A stretch of 64,000 bases of DNA, taken from Prorocentrum cordatum. Its lineage: Eukaryota. Every line of letters begins with the position of its first letter. The first letter of the stretch is position 1. Shown here in pieces: positions 1-11,589 of the stretch. The notes below the pieces were generated by a model. It had not been told where the DNA came from and searched no databases. It saw only the letters and a list, made by a program, of their open reading frames with translations. The stretch spans positions 496,001-560,000 of the forward strand of contig CAUYUJ010000237.1 of assembly GCA_963575745.1 (NCBI GenBank), read 5' to 3'. The translations under genes were made by a program, and so were the position numbers.

Positions 1-21
1 TGGGTCGGACGGAGGACGTCA

Positions 22-195
22 GGGGCACCGTTAGGGGAGGATCGGCTCAGGGGGGGGGGCGCATCGACTCCTGATCGCCCATGGACTGCCGGCGGGGGCT
101 CGACTGCGCACCCCGCCCAGGAGGGTGTGGCTTCGCTGTCGGGGGCTTATCGCCGATCTATCGGCACTGCATCGCCGATTCCCGCTCGATTACCC
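22..195 (+). repeat. Dispersed repeat family E, rich in GATC/ATCG palindromes
   Basis: Colinear similarity to ~62680-62860. Related GCATCGCCGATGCATCGGCG motifs at ~5370-5480, 32520-32570 and 50520-50640. Confidence 0.6.
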
Positions 196-644
196 CTCGG
201 CCTCCGCCCCCTCAGCCTGTCCCCCCTTCCCTTCCCCCTCAGGCCCCTGAGGAGGGGGGGGGGATGGGGAGGGGTTGGGGGACGAAACCTGCTGGAGGCA
301 GCTCGTTTCGGTCCCGCCGCCCGGCGTGGGGATGCAGCCCCTGGCGCTGAGATGCGGCGAGAAAGCCAGCTGCGCGAGCTGATTCGCTAGCGCCCCCCGT
401 TGCAACACCCCCTTCCGTTCGACCCGAGACGTGTCGCAACCCAGCATGTGTGTGTGTGTGTGTGTGTGTGTTTGTGTGTAACCCCGCTCAGCTCCACCGA
501 TAGCGCGCAGCCTGTGTCGGCCCTTACTGCACCGTCTGCGTCGTAACTGCACGGCTTCGGTGGACAAGCAGCCTTGGGCCCCATTGCTCGTTTTGATGAT
601 CAGCGACAGATGCAACCATTCCTCTGCTTCGTCGCCGCCATTCG

Positions 645-676
<32 letters not shown>

Positions 677-688
677 GTTCGTCGTCGT

Positions 689-736
<48 letters not shown>

Positions 737-2295
737 TCGTCGTCGTCGTTGTCGTCAGTTGTTGTCGTCGCCCCGATGGAGAGGGGTCCCGAGGCTTTCA
801 GCCGTTTCCGGGCTCCATGGGTCCCTCCCGTGCCTCAAGGGCCGTCGAAGAGACGGCTCGGGATGAGGGATGAGGGACTGCAGCCAAGTGAAAGCCCCGG
901 GCTCCCGAGTGGGAGGAGGAGGCGGATCGATCGATCGATCGAGCTCTCGGGCCGTTCGGTGCTACTCTGCCTCGACTAGAGCATGAGAGCTGTCTCAAAT
1001 CTAGTGCGGCCTGCCAGTGGTCACTTTGTCGAAAGGGGGTCTCTGACGCCAGTTGTCGTGCGGGCTCGACGGGAGGAGGAGGAGGAGGAGGAGGAGGAGG
1101 AGGAGGAGGAGGAGGAGGAGGAGGAGGAGGAGGAGGAGGATTCTGACGTTTTAGATTTTCGGGGAGCCTCCTAGGGCCTAGGGGCGTCCGCGGTAAGGTT
1201 TGGACGCGCCTCTAAGCATTGGTCAGGATGTGGTGTCCAGGAGGGGACAGCTGACTCCTTCGGAGCGAGAGCGCATGGGCCGACCCTGAGACCTCAGAGC
1301 GCCACGAAAGCATAGAGCGCCGGACGTTTTCTTACAGTCCAGGCATCCAGGGGCTCTTCTCGGGCCCAGGAGCCTTCAGGAAGCCATCCGCGACGAAAGA
1401 CTCACTTCAGTGAGGCTACGTTTACATCCTTGCTTGGTCGGCCCATTCTCGGCCATTTCTTCAGCATAGGCGCGGCTGCAATTGTTTCAACATCGGTTCT
1501 CTCTGGCATACCATCCTTACTTTGTATCTTGTCCTTGCTGCAATCGTTGCCTGACTCACCACCCCACCCCTGAGCTCAGAAGTGGTAGATCGATCTCTGG
1601 GTCTCGTGGGTGGGTCTCATGTGTCTGTGGCGCCTCCCGGTGATCGCATGGAGGCTCCAGAGGTTTTAGATTTGGCTGTCGCTGGTTTCAGGGCAGCTTC
1701 AGATGGTTCCGAAGTGTCATTGGATGGACTTGAGGTGTCTGCTGCTTTTGGGGCACCTTCCACTGGTCTGGGGGCGGCTTCCGATGGTCTCGAGGTGGCC
1801 TCTGATGGTTCCGAGGCGGCGCCCGATGGTTCCGACGTGGTTTTCAATGGTTTAAGGAGGGGGGGGGTCTGGAGGGTTTTCTTCCCTCGACTTCTCTTCC
1901 TCTTCCTCCTCTCTCTCGTCCCTTCCTTCCGATTGCTCTTGACTCCTCCCTCGTGCCTGCTATTCCCTCTTCCAGCCAATACAAACTCCTCGTACTCCTC
2001 CATCTCCCATAGCGGCGGCGGCGGCGGCGACGACGACGACGAGGAGCCGCGGCGGCGGCGGCGGCGGGGAGGCCCCACCCGCGCGCGCGCCCCGAGGCGG
2101 AGAGAACGGCCCAGGCCCCGGGGGGCCCGAGCAGATGTGGACGACGACGACGACGACTTCGACGTCGACTCCGCCGCCGCCGGCGACGACGCCGACGGCG
2201 TCGTCGCCGGGAGCGCCACGAGATCTGCTGCCGCTGCTGCCGATGACTGAGAGTCGGCGGCGCGACCGGGGGCGAAGGCAGAGGGGTCAGGCCCT

Positions 2296-2546
2296 CAGTG
2301 GGCCCTGGGAACGACAGGGCCGTTTTTTTACCGGTTCCGTTTTGCCGTTTTTTTTGCCGGTTCCGTTTTGCCGTTTTTTTTATACCGGTTCCGTCGCCGT
2401 TTCTTGACCGGTTTTGGCTGCGGTTCCAATCCTGGAGCTGTTTTTTTGCCGTTTCCGGTCGCCGTTTTTTTGCCGTTTCCATTTTCCAGGGACACTTTTT
2501 TTTGGAAACGGTGAAAAAACGGCCCTTCCGTTCCCGGGGCCCACTA
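2296..2546. mobile_element. MITE with ~35-bp imperfect TIRs and internal CCGTTTT/CCGGTT repeats
   Basis: CAGTGGGCCCTGGGAACGACAGGGCCGTTTTTT ... AAAAAACGGCCCTTCCGTTCCCGGGGCCCACTA. Flanks GGGTCAGGCCCT / AGGTCAGGCCTT. Confidence 0.75.
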
Positions 2547-2976
2547 AGGTCAGGCCTTCTCAAAAAGTCTCAGATGGTTGGTAGTCCCCAAACGTGGTGG
2601 TGACAACACCTGGCGGTGAGTCTCGGGCGATTCGGTGTCACCACCCGGTTTGGGGACTCGTGCGGTTTTCCGAGGATGTCCCGGACGCTGGTGGGTCCAG
2701 GAGTCACAAAACCCGGCGGTGACCCCGCGTCCCCAAACCCAGCGGTGACCTTTTTGGGGATTCCAGGTCGCCACCTGGTATCTCACCACCCGGTTTGGGG
2801 GTTCCCAAGATGGCCTCCGACCTGCTGAGGAGCTCTTGGAGCCTCCTCCGGGGCCGCAGGGGACTCCTCGGGAAGGCCAGGGGGGGGGCTTCCGAGGAGC
2901 CCCGCCGCCCGCTGCGCAGGTCTGCCCCCCCCCTCCCACTTCCCCCCTCGGCGCGTCGCCGGGAGACGCGCGTGGC

Positions 2977-3137
2977 TCAGGAAGGGAAAAAACACACAGA
3001 CACAATTCATCGTCGATTCCCTCGAAAATATGGGAAAATATGGGAAGTGGGGGGGAAGACAAAAACCCAGAAAACATAAGAAAATATGGGGAACCATTTA
3101 ATTTGTGTATTTATTTGTGTGTTTGTGGGCCCCTTCA
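2977..3137 (+). mobile_element. ~160-bp dispersed element family A (solo-LTR-like or MITE), copy 1 of 8
   Basis: Ends TCAGGA...GGCCCCTTCA, flanks GTGGC/GTGAC. Other copies: 15312-15472, 20222-~20400, 20745-20913, 41868-42030, 43302-43464 (+); 18256-18334 partial and ~44762-44925 (-). Confidence 0.85.
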
Positions 3138-3542
3138 GTGACTCTGTTCACGGGGGGGCGTTCAAGAGGTGGCCTTGATTTCGGCGCATGTCGCCTTTGG
3201 TCGATGCTGGCGGACGCCGAAGTACAGTCGGGGCGCTGACGAAGGAACCCTTTTCGCTGGGGAGGGGCTCGGTGTTCCTTGATTGTTTCAAAGTTTGCCT
3301 CGGGTTTTCCTGAGGTTTCCCATAGGAAATCGAGGTTGAACTTATGGGAAAAAGGGGCCTCGTTCCTTATTTGGGGTTCCTTAGGTCAACACCCCGACTG
3401 TAGAACGGTGGCCAGTCCGCGGGCGGAAGGTCGGCGGAAAGCGTCGGGAGTAGACGTGAGGCTTCAACATATGGGGCTCAGGGTTTCCGGAGGCGCCCAC
3501 GCGGTGATGAGGTGTGCCGCCTCAGGCATGTGAGCGACGCTA

Positions 3543-3680
3543 AACACAAGGTCGTCTGCGCCGACATTGGCGCGTCAGCTTCCCGCGTGAGGTCGCGCAC
3601 AAGCGCCCTCGTCTCCAATGTAGCGTGCCGCGCTGGCGGCCCGCGTAAGCCCCCGCGGAAGGTCGCTATGCCATCCCGTG
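3543..3680 (+). repeat. Dispersed ~140-bp repeat family K
   Basis: Colinear similarity by eye to ~19570-19705 and ~46326-46465 (GCAAGCTG..CGCGTGAGGTCG...GTGCCGCGC.GGC.GCCCGCG.AAGCC...GGTCGCT). Confidence 0.7.
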
Positions 3681-4211
3681 CAAGACCCGTTTTTGATCGT
3701 CGCCCCTGTGGGGCTGTCTCGCGACGACGCCCTGTGAGTTACTTTTGGGTTTGCTGTGGGCGCTTCGGTCCCAACTCGCGGCACCTGTACTCTGGATCGC
3801 TTGATAATCGCCCCCCCCTTGGAGTGCCCGGGGGGGTTAGCCGCGGCGCGTCCGCGGGGTTGCCAGGGGGGGTCTGGGGTCCGTTCCCTTCCCCGCTGGG
3901 GTGCGGGGTGGTGCCGGGGGGGGTTGGCCGCGCCGCGTTTTCACCTTCGTCACCCCCTGGTTTTATGATGTTCCAACCTACTTTAGCCTTGATCACCAGA
4001 AAGAATTTCGAGCCTACCCCAAAACTCGAGGGTTTTCACGTGTCGGGCCCTGGGAGACACTCTCTCGGCACTCTCTCGACACTCTGTCGACACTCTCTCG
4101 ACACCTTTTCGACACTCTTCTGGGTGCTCGAAATTACTTCTGGGATGCGGTCCTTACGTAGGAGGGGAGCAACATAACTCTGGTTGATTCACAAGAAGTT
4201 CGGAGTAAGGT

Positions 4212-4337
4212 ACCTCACCGAGGGGCCCATTCCTCGATACATAGCCGCCTCCAGCGCCGGGAGGCGCCAGGAAAATCAGCTACGTGAGCTGATTCGCACC
4301 CCCCCCCTTTGCTATCCCCCCCTTTCGCCCGACCCGA
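4212..4337. mobile_element. Short dispersed (SINE-like) insert flanked by a 19-bp direct repeat
   Basis: AAGAAGTTCGGAGTAAGGT at 4193-4211 and 4338-4356. The internal GAAA..CAGCT.CG.GAGCTGATTCGC...CGACCCGA segment recurs at ~340-430. Confidence 0.65.
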
Positions 4338-5662
4338 AAGAAGTTCGGAGTAAGGTGAGCACAGCGCAGCGCAGTCGCTGCCTGCGGCCGGCTTCGGCTT
4401 GGGCTCCCCCCCCGGGCGGCTTCTTCGGTGCACGGTGGCCGGCGCCACGAGAGGCCCCCTCCTCCTCCTCCTCCTCCTCCTCCTCCTCCTCCTCCTCCTC
4501 CTTCTCCTTTTCCTCCTCCCGCTCCTCCTCCTCCTCCTCCTCCTCCTCCTCCTCCTCCTCCTCCTTTTCCTCCTCCTGCACCTCCTCCTCCTCCTCCTCC
4601 TCCTCCTCCTCCTCCTCTGGACCTCCCGACCACCTCCCCGCGAGGTGGCTGTTCCAACCCGGGACCTTTTTTGACGGTCCCGAGCGTCGAGAACAGCTCC
4701 CGGGTATCGAGATGACGAGACGAGAGCCGTCGTGATTTTTCTGGGCGTTGGGAGCCTGGTCGACGAAAAGCAGCATAAGCCCAAGAGTTCGGTTGTCTGC
4801 GCGGTTTTGCCCCCGTGGCGCGCTCCGGGAGGCCACGGTCCGTCGCCGACCCAAGAGGTCCGCACCCACCTCGGAGAGTTTTTGGTTTATGTGTATCTCG
4901 GCTTCTGGGGTTCTGGATCGTGGGCGAAAGCAGATCCGTATAGGCCTCGGAACAAATTAGCGCACACATGCCACATTCATCCGTCAACGCCTGCCCCTCC
5001 CCCCAATGTTCAAAGTTGGCGGTGGGTCTGACGGGATGCACTTCGACCGCAGTCTGTCCCGCGCGTGCCAACGTCGAGTTTGGAGGGGAGGGGGAGTGTT
5101 CAGTAATTGTTTCCCTCTACCATATCCACAACCTCGCGGGCTGGCCCCCTGGGCCGCGGCCCCGCGGGCACGGAGCACTTGTTCGCCGATTGCCCCCGCG
5201 CGGAGCGCATCCGTGCGACAGCGTGTCCGCAGGATTACGCCCCCGGGGCCAGACCGCGAGTGCGCGGGTACGGACATGTTCGCAGCTCGCGACCTAGCGA
5301 CGTTGGAGTTCTGTCGTATAGCCCCCCCCGCTTTCCAGGTCTCCCGAATTGGCCAGAGTAGGTGGGGCCAGGGGATCGCGCCGCATCGCCGCTGCATCGG
5401 CGACGCTGCTCGATCTGGAGCCCGATCTTCTCCACCCCGACGCCGCCGATGCACCGTCGATGCGTTGCGATCCTCCGATCGGACCCACTGTGGCCCGACT
5501 TGCGGCGTTCCAGCAAGGACCTCGCCTTCGAGGGATTGAGGGGCAGGTACCTCTTCCACGGCGGAAGCCGATGGAAGCAAGAAGGGAGCGGCTCCGTTGG
5601 CGGAAGCCGGCGGGAGGCCGGCGCGAACCTTGCAGAAGTAAAACACGTGTCCCTAAGAGAAG

Positions 5663-5881
5663 CGGGGGCCCCCACACGGTGTGGTGACCACACCGTGTGG
5701 TGAGTCGGTGGGGATTTGGGGTCACCGCACGGTTTTGGGACTCGGGTCGTTCTCCGAGGATATCTTGGGCGCCAGGGGTCTCCAGCGTCCCAAAACCGTG
5801 TGGCGTCGGACCGCGTGGGGAAGGTCGTTGGGCATCCCGAGGTCAGCACGCGGTCCGTCATCACATGGTTTTGGGGCCCCG
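5663..5881. mobile_element. hAT-like MITE (family B), ~24-bp imperfect TIR, 8-bp TSD
   Basis: CGGGGGCCCCCACACGGTGTGGTGAC ... GTCATCACATGGTTTTGGGGCCCCG. Flanks AAGAGAAG/AGGAGAAG. Diverged copies at ~2580-2805 and ~19155-19380, partial at ~26955-27000. Confidence 0.7.
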
Positions 5882-6001
5882 AGGAGAAGTTCACCAGTTT
5901 GGAGTGTTTTTTTTTGGAACGGGAGTGAGGAGGCGGAGGAGGAGGAGGAGGAGGAGGAGGAGGAGGAGGAGGAGGAGGAGGAGGAGGAGGAGGAGGAGGA
6001 G

Positions 6002-6023
6002 TCCGTAGCCATTTTGGCTCAAG
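6002..6023 (+). other. Dinoflagellate spliced leader (DinoSL) copy, perfect 22-mer
   Basis: TCCGTAGCCATTTTGGCTCAAG matches the DinoSL consensus DCCGTAGCCATTTTGGCTCAAG at 22/22. It is followed by TCC, not by a GT intron, so it is a retroposed leader rather than an SL RNA gene. Confidence 0.95.
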
Positions 6024-6574
6024 TCCGTAGCGGTGGCTCAGAGACTTTGTATTTTGGCGTGAGGATTTCGCGGCCCCGATTGCCAGCGCAGGTGCTCGCA
6101 CACTCACTCTGTGTACGGTACCGTTCCGCGCGTCTCGTTTCGTAACCTTTCCGATGGATGGCTTCTCTGGTTGGACGTGCACCAACAAGGGGGTGCGGAT
6201 ACAAAGGCAATTGCTCTTGGCGTACGAGCTGCCGCATCTGTGGCTCAGCTCCCCACAGGCTCCCGCCTGGCGGCAATGGGCAGCCAGGTGGTGTCGTCCG
6301 CGGGGCTTGGGTCAAAAGCGCCCCCGTCCAAGACGCCCAAGCAGCCGCAGCAGCAACAGCTCCAGCTCACGGACGAGCTCGTCACGGTGTATGCTCGGAT
6401 ACCCCCAGCTGGCTCCGAGACGCTCGCATGCGACTGGTTGGCCAAGCAGATTGGCCACGTGGCGGCGAGACGTGCCTTCGGCTCTGGCGCCCCCAGCCTT
6501 CGCCGCCAAGGCCGCGCCGGCAGGCCGCGGGCTCGCTCCGCCGGCAGGTCGAGCAAGCCCAGAGTCCCTTCTCA

Positions 6575-6743
6575 CCACCCACCAAACCACCCCAACCCAA
6601 CCCGAAGGCCCAAATTTATTCTCGATTTCCAGTGGGGGGGGGTCGGGGAACATCGAAAAAACACATGGAATCCGTATCCCCCCAACCCGAAATTCGGGTC
6701 AAATTCGGGCCTTCGGGTTGGGTTGGGGTGGTCTGGTAGGTAG
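6575..6743. mobile_element. MITE with long terminal inverted repeats and 3-bp TSD (TCA)
   Basis: Left arm CCACCCACCAAACCACCCCAACCCAACCCGAAGGCCC is inverse to right arm GGGCCTTCGGGTTGGGTTGGGGTGGTCTGGTAGGTAG. TCA at 6572-6574 and 6744-6746. Excision restores a reading frame. Confidence 0.8.
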
Positions 6744-7544
6744 TCACCTTCGACAAAAGTCAGGAGGCCGCGGTCAAAGCCATGCAGCGCATGGCCAACT
6801 GCCGCGCCCCGCTCGGGTTACTCAAGAAGCAGGCTGCAGCAGCAGCAGCAGCCAAGGCCGCCGAGGCCTACAGCGCCATGGCGGGCAAGAGTGGGGTCGA
6901 CCCCAACCAGCAGCTGGCGCAGCTCGAGTCCACGGCGGCGGCGCTATGCGCGGCCGTGCCCGATGAGGCGTGTCAGCTCAATGAGCTCGCCGACGCCATC
7001 CGAGCCACGCTGTCAGCCCCGAGCCGCCAGCTGCGAGTGGAGGCGGCCCCGCGCCAGGCACGGCTGCGGCCGCCGACGCGTCAGCTGCGGGCGGTGCGCC
7101 AGCGGCGGCGCAGTCCGTGCCACCAGCTGCTGGCGGTGCTCCTGGGCCTCTCGATTGGTCTATGTCCACTGATCCCGAAGGCCAGTTCTACAAGGACTTC
7201 GTCGCCGCCCAGGCCAGGCGGAGGCGGAGGCGGAGGCGGAGGCGGAGGAGGAGACGGAGAAGAGAAGGAGAAGGAGGAGAGAATGATGAGGAGGAGAAGG
7301 AGGAGGGAGGAGGAGGAGGAAGATGAGGAGGAGGAGAACGAGTAGGAGGAGGAGGGGGAGGATGAAAAGGATGAGGAAGAGGAGGAATTATAAGACGTAG
7401 CACCCCGCAGATGCGGATAATATTGAGGAGGCGGTGGGGACGCCAGCAGTTTGCGAGACTCTGGAGAAGCCCGCCGCAGTCGCCAATTTTCACAATTTAT
7501 GCAACGAGCTCGCCCCAGGCGCCGATTTTTTCGTTCAACCAATG

Positions 7545-7890
7545 TGGGTAGGTCGCGGGTGGGTCGCAAATGGGTCACGGGTGGGTCGCGGGCGGGTCGC
7601 GGGTGGGTCGTTGTTGGGTCACGGGTGGGTCGCTGGTGGGTCGCGGGTGGGTCGCAAGTGGGTGGCGGGTAGGTCGCGGCTGGGTCGCGGATGGGTTGCG
7701 GGGTGGGTCGCGGGTGGGTCGCGGGTGGGTCGCGGGTGGATCGCGGGTGGGTCGCGAGTGTGTCGCGGGGTGGGTCGCGGGTGTGTCGCGGGTTGGGTGG
7801 CGGGGTGGGCCGCGGGGTGGGTCGCAAGGTAGGTCGCGTGGTGGGTCGCAAGGTGGGTCGCGGTGTGGTTCGCGGGTGGGTCGCGTGTGG
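7545..7890. repeat. 11-bp minisatellite (GGGTCGCGGGT)n
   Basis: Direct reading of tandem units. Confidence 0.9.
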
Positions 7891-7891
7891 G

Positions 7892-7908
7892 ACGACGACA
7901 ACAATCAT

Positions 7909-7939
<31 letters not shown>

Positions 7940-8544
7940 ACCAACAACAACAACACCAACAACAGCAACAACAACAATCACAACAGCAACAACAACAACA
8001 CCACCAACAACAACAATAATACCACCAACAACAACACCAACACCAACACTAACAGCAACACCAACAACAACAATAGCAGCACGACCACCAACAATAACAG
8101 CAACACCAACAACAGCACCAGCAACAGCAACAATACCACCACCAATACCAACACCAACACCAACACCACCAGCAACAACAGCAACAGCAACAGCAGCAGC
8201 AACAGCAACAACAGCAACGCAGCACACATAACCCTCACCAAGCGTCCCCACTTCAGCCACCCACCCAGGGACAATGAATGACCGTTCGTTCCCCTCACTC
8301 TTACTAACCGCAACAACACGAAAACGACTTAGAATACTACGACGACTCATACTACTATCCATACTAAGATGCATCATCTTAACACACATGCTAATACTAT
8401 CAACGCTAGCACTACTAGTGATCATACTACAAAGAATAATACGAACCATTATCATACTATTCATACGATTACTACTATGAATATCCTTAGCATTATTCGT
8501 ATGAGTAATAACGGTGGTACTACTACTACTACTACTACTACTAT

Positions 8545-8579
<35 letters not shown>

Positions 8580-8621
8580 TTACTACTACTACTACTACTA
8601 CTACTACTGCTACTACTACTC

Positions 8622-8662
<41 letters not shown>

Positions 8663-8663
8663 G

Positions 8664-8733
<70 letters not shown>

Positions 8734-8920
8734 AGTACGGAGAAAACCAAGTCTACCAATAGTACGGATACGGTTCCTACGAACAATACCTCATAGACGA
8801 ATAGACGACGACGACACACACTATCATTGTATTTATGAATGCTGATATGATGATATTAAGGCGAGTACTATAATGTAACTACTGCGACTCGTAAGAATAC
8901 TGCGAATAATTTTCATCTAA
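7892..8920. repeat. Compound (AAC/AGC)n and (ACT)n microsatellites with degenerate AT-rich flanks
   Basis: Near-pure (TAC)n at ~8519-8732 and (AAC)n-like at ~7892-8225. Confidence 0.9.
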
Positions 8921-9005
8921 GATGGAGTAGGAAGAGATTGCGGAGGCCGAGGCGGCGGAGGAATAGGAGCAGGAGGAGGAGGAGGACGAGGAGGAGAAGG
9001 TGAGA

Positions 9006-9040
<35 letters not shown>

Positions 9041-10739
9041 GAGGGAGGGAGGAGGGAAAGGAGGGCGGGAGGGAGGGAGGGGGGAGGGAGGAGGGTGGAG
9101 GAGGAGAAGGAGGAGGAGGAGGAGGAGGAGGAGGACTGAGGGGGAGAGGAGCAGGAGGGGTTTTGGAACCCGCCATCTGGGAGGCCGCCACCTCTGCTGC
9201 CCCCCGCTCCCCTCCGGCCCTGGCAGGCCCGAGCACAGAGCGCCGCCACCCTCCGCGCGCAGGGCGCGGAGTCCGGAGGCGTGCGCGCCACCAGGACTCG
9301 CCTTCTCCTCCTCTTCCTCCTCCTCCTGCTCCCCCTCCTCCACCACCTCCTCCTCCTCCTGCTCCCCCCTCCTGCCTCCTCCTCCTCCTCCTCCTCCTCC
9401 TCCTTCTCGTCCTCCACACTCCTCCTCCTCCTCCTCCTCCTCCTCCTCCTCCTGCTCCTCGCCCTCCTCCTCCTCTTCCTCCTCCTCCTCCTCGCCCTCC
9501 TCGTTTTCCTCGTCTTCGTCCTCCTTCCTCCGTTGGCTCTGCGCAGGCTCTGGCAGGCTGGTGGGCTGCGGCGTCTTTCCTTCTTCCTCTCCTCCTCCTC
9601 CTCCTTCGTCTCCATCTCCTCGTCCTCTCCTTCTCCTCGTCCTCCCCCTCCTTCTCCTCCTCCTCCTCCTCCTCCTTCTCCTCGTCGTCCTCCTATATGT
9701 CCTCCTCCAGTGCTCAGTGCTCGCAGCACCGTCGTTGATCGTCTCCTGGTCGATCGGGCCTCCCTCCTGATCGCGCGGGCTCGGCTCGGGTCCGTCTGGC
9801 CCTCGTTCGGGTCGCCTCTCTCGGCTCTCGTGCGTCTTGCTCGTTGTTTGCATTTTTTCCTCCAGGACCCGCCTCTTAGGAGGCAGTCCGATCCATGCTC
9901 CATGCTCCATGCTCCATGCTCCATGCTCCATGCTCCATGCTCCTTGCTCCTTGCTCCTCCTCCTCCTCCTCCTCCTCCTCCTCCTCCTTCCTTCTGCTCC
10001 TCCTCCTCCATCTCCCCCTCCTCCTCCTCTCTCCTCCTCCTCCTTCCCCTCCTCCCTCCTTTTCCTCTTCGTCCTCCTCCCCCTCCTCCTCCCTCTTCCT
10101 CCTTCTCCTCCTCCTCCTCCTCCTCCTTCTTGCTCCTCCTCCTTCTCCTCCTCCTCCTCCTGCTCCTGCTCCTCCTTATTCTCTCCTCCTCCTCCTCCTC
10201 CTCCTCCTCCTCCTCACCCTTGAGGATTGAGACTCGAGGATGTTGGATGTTTCTGGGGGCTCACGGACTCCGCTCGGTCGTTGGCCCCTCCCCCCTCCGT
10301 CCCTCCCTCCCGCACTCCTTCCCTTTCCACTTCCACCCCCTCCTGGAGGATCGAGGCTCGAGGTTGTTTGACGTTTCCAGGGGTCGATGGGCTCCGCTTG
10401 GTCGTTGGCTCCTCCGTCCTTCCTCCCCCCCACACTCCATCCCTCCCCTACTTCTTCCCTTCGTCCCAAGAGGTTCCCAGAGACCTCTGAAAAGTGTTCC
10501 ACCATTTCCGAAATCGAGGATCGCTCTTCCATCCGTCCTTCCTGCCTCGCCTCCCCAGGAGGAGGCCGCCAGAGATGATCAGTAGGTCCAGTGTAAATCC
10601 AGGATGCGTCAGCGATGCTGCAATACACCCTCCCGTCCCAAGTGCCTTCCTTACAAGTCTCTACAAACTTCCTAGTCCACTACAAGAAGTGCCCCGTGAA
10701 GGCATATAGGTCAAGGAGTCTTTGTGCCAGTCATTCCAG

Positions 10740-11305
10740 CGAGAGCCCAGTTTTGACATGGAACTGCCTCCGTCTATCGAGTGATACAGAGCGCGAGCTG
10801 ATCATACAAGTTCAACGGTGTGTCCAAGGAGCCCCCCCATTTGTACAGCTGTTGCGCCATGATCTAATTCTGGCCAGTAAGCTTGAGGGGCTTTGAAGCG
10901 TGAGTCCCAGTTTTAGACGGACCTGCCCTCCATCCGTGCATCGGCTACATATGTTCAACCTTCTAGTAGCAGCATGCGAGCCAGTCTCAAGCGAGAGTCG
11001 CGTGTTGAAACTGACCTGTCCTCCATCCTCGTGGCTGCAAGAAACGTCTAGGACGAATGCGCGCGGCGCTAAGACGCGTGCCCCGCTCTGAACACCACAC
11101 CCTCCATCCATGTAGCCGTTGCAAACTGTTACGACGAACGCGCGCGGCGCTCAGACCAGATGCCCATTTTGAAAACCACCACCCTCCATTCACGTAGCTG
11201 TTGCTTGCTTTGGCTAGCTTTTTAGTCGAATGCGCGCGGCGCAATGGCGAGGGCCCCATTTTGAAAACGACCTGCCCTCCATTCATACAACTGTTGCAAC
11301 TTTCA
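10740..11305 (+). repeat. ~70-bp degenerate tandem repeat family
   Basis: Recurring GCGCGCGGCGCT...TTTTGAAA..ACCTGCCCTCCAT.C.TG.AGCTGTTGC. Related arrays at ~30385-30540 (same orientation) and ~37410-37660 (reverse complement). Confidence 0.75.
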
Positions 11306-11589
11306 GTCGTCAGGGGCATACTTGGTGGTACGCATGGCCCGCCCTATTGTCACGTCTGGAGTGCGACAGGTAGGAGTTATCTGGGCGGTGGAAGTGGGGT
11401 AGTGGGAGGGGGACGGGGGGAGAAAAAGGTCGGCGGGAGAAGGAGCATGAGGAGGAGGAGGAGGTGGAGAAGGGATTGGGGGGGGGGCAAGCCAGGTGCA
11501 CTCGCGTCATATCTAACGTCCTATCCCTCCCTCCCATCCCCTACCATGGCGTAGATCCCCTTTCTATTCGCACAATCGGATGTCGTAAC

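Larger units (their letters stand above)
6002..7218 (+). pseudogene. SL-headed retrocopy encoding a RanBP2-type zinc-finger protein (possibly a retroelement ORF1), frameshifted and MITE-interrupted
   Basis: SL, then short UTR, then ATG at 6154. Removing one G from the G5 run at 6189-6193 gives WTCTNKGCGYKGNCSWRTSCRICG (W-x-C-x4-C-x4-N-x6-C-x2-C). Removing the MITE at 6575-6743 restores ESLLTFDKSQEAAVKAMQRMANC. GGA-type tracts lie on both sides. Confidence 0.65.
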
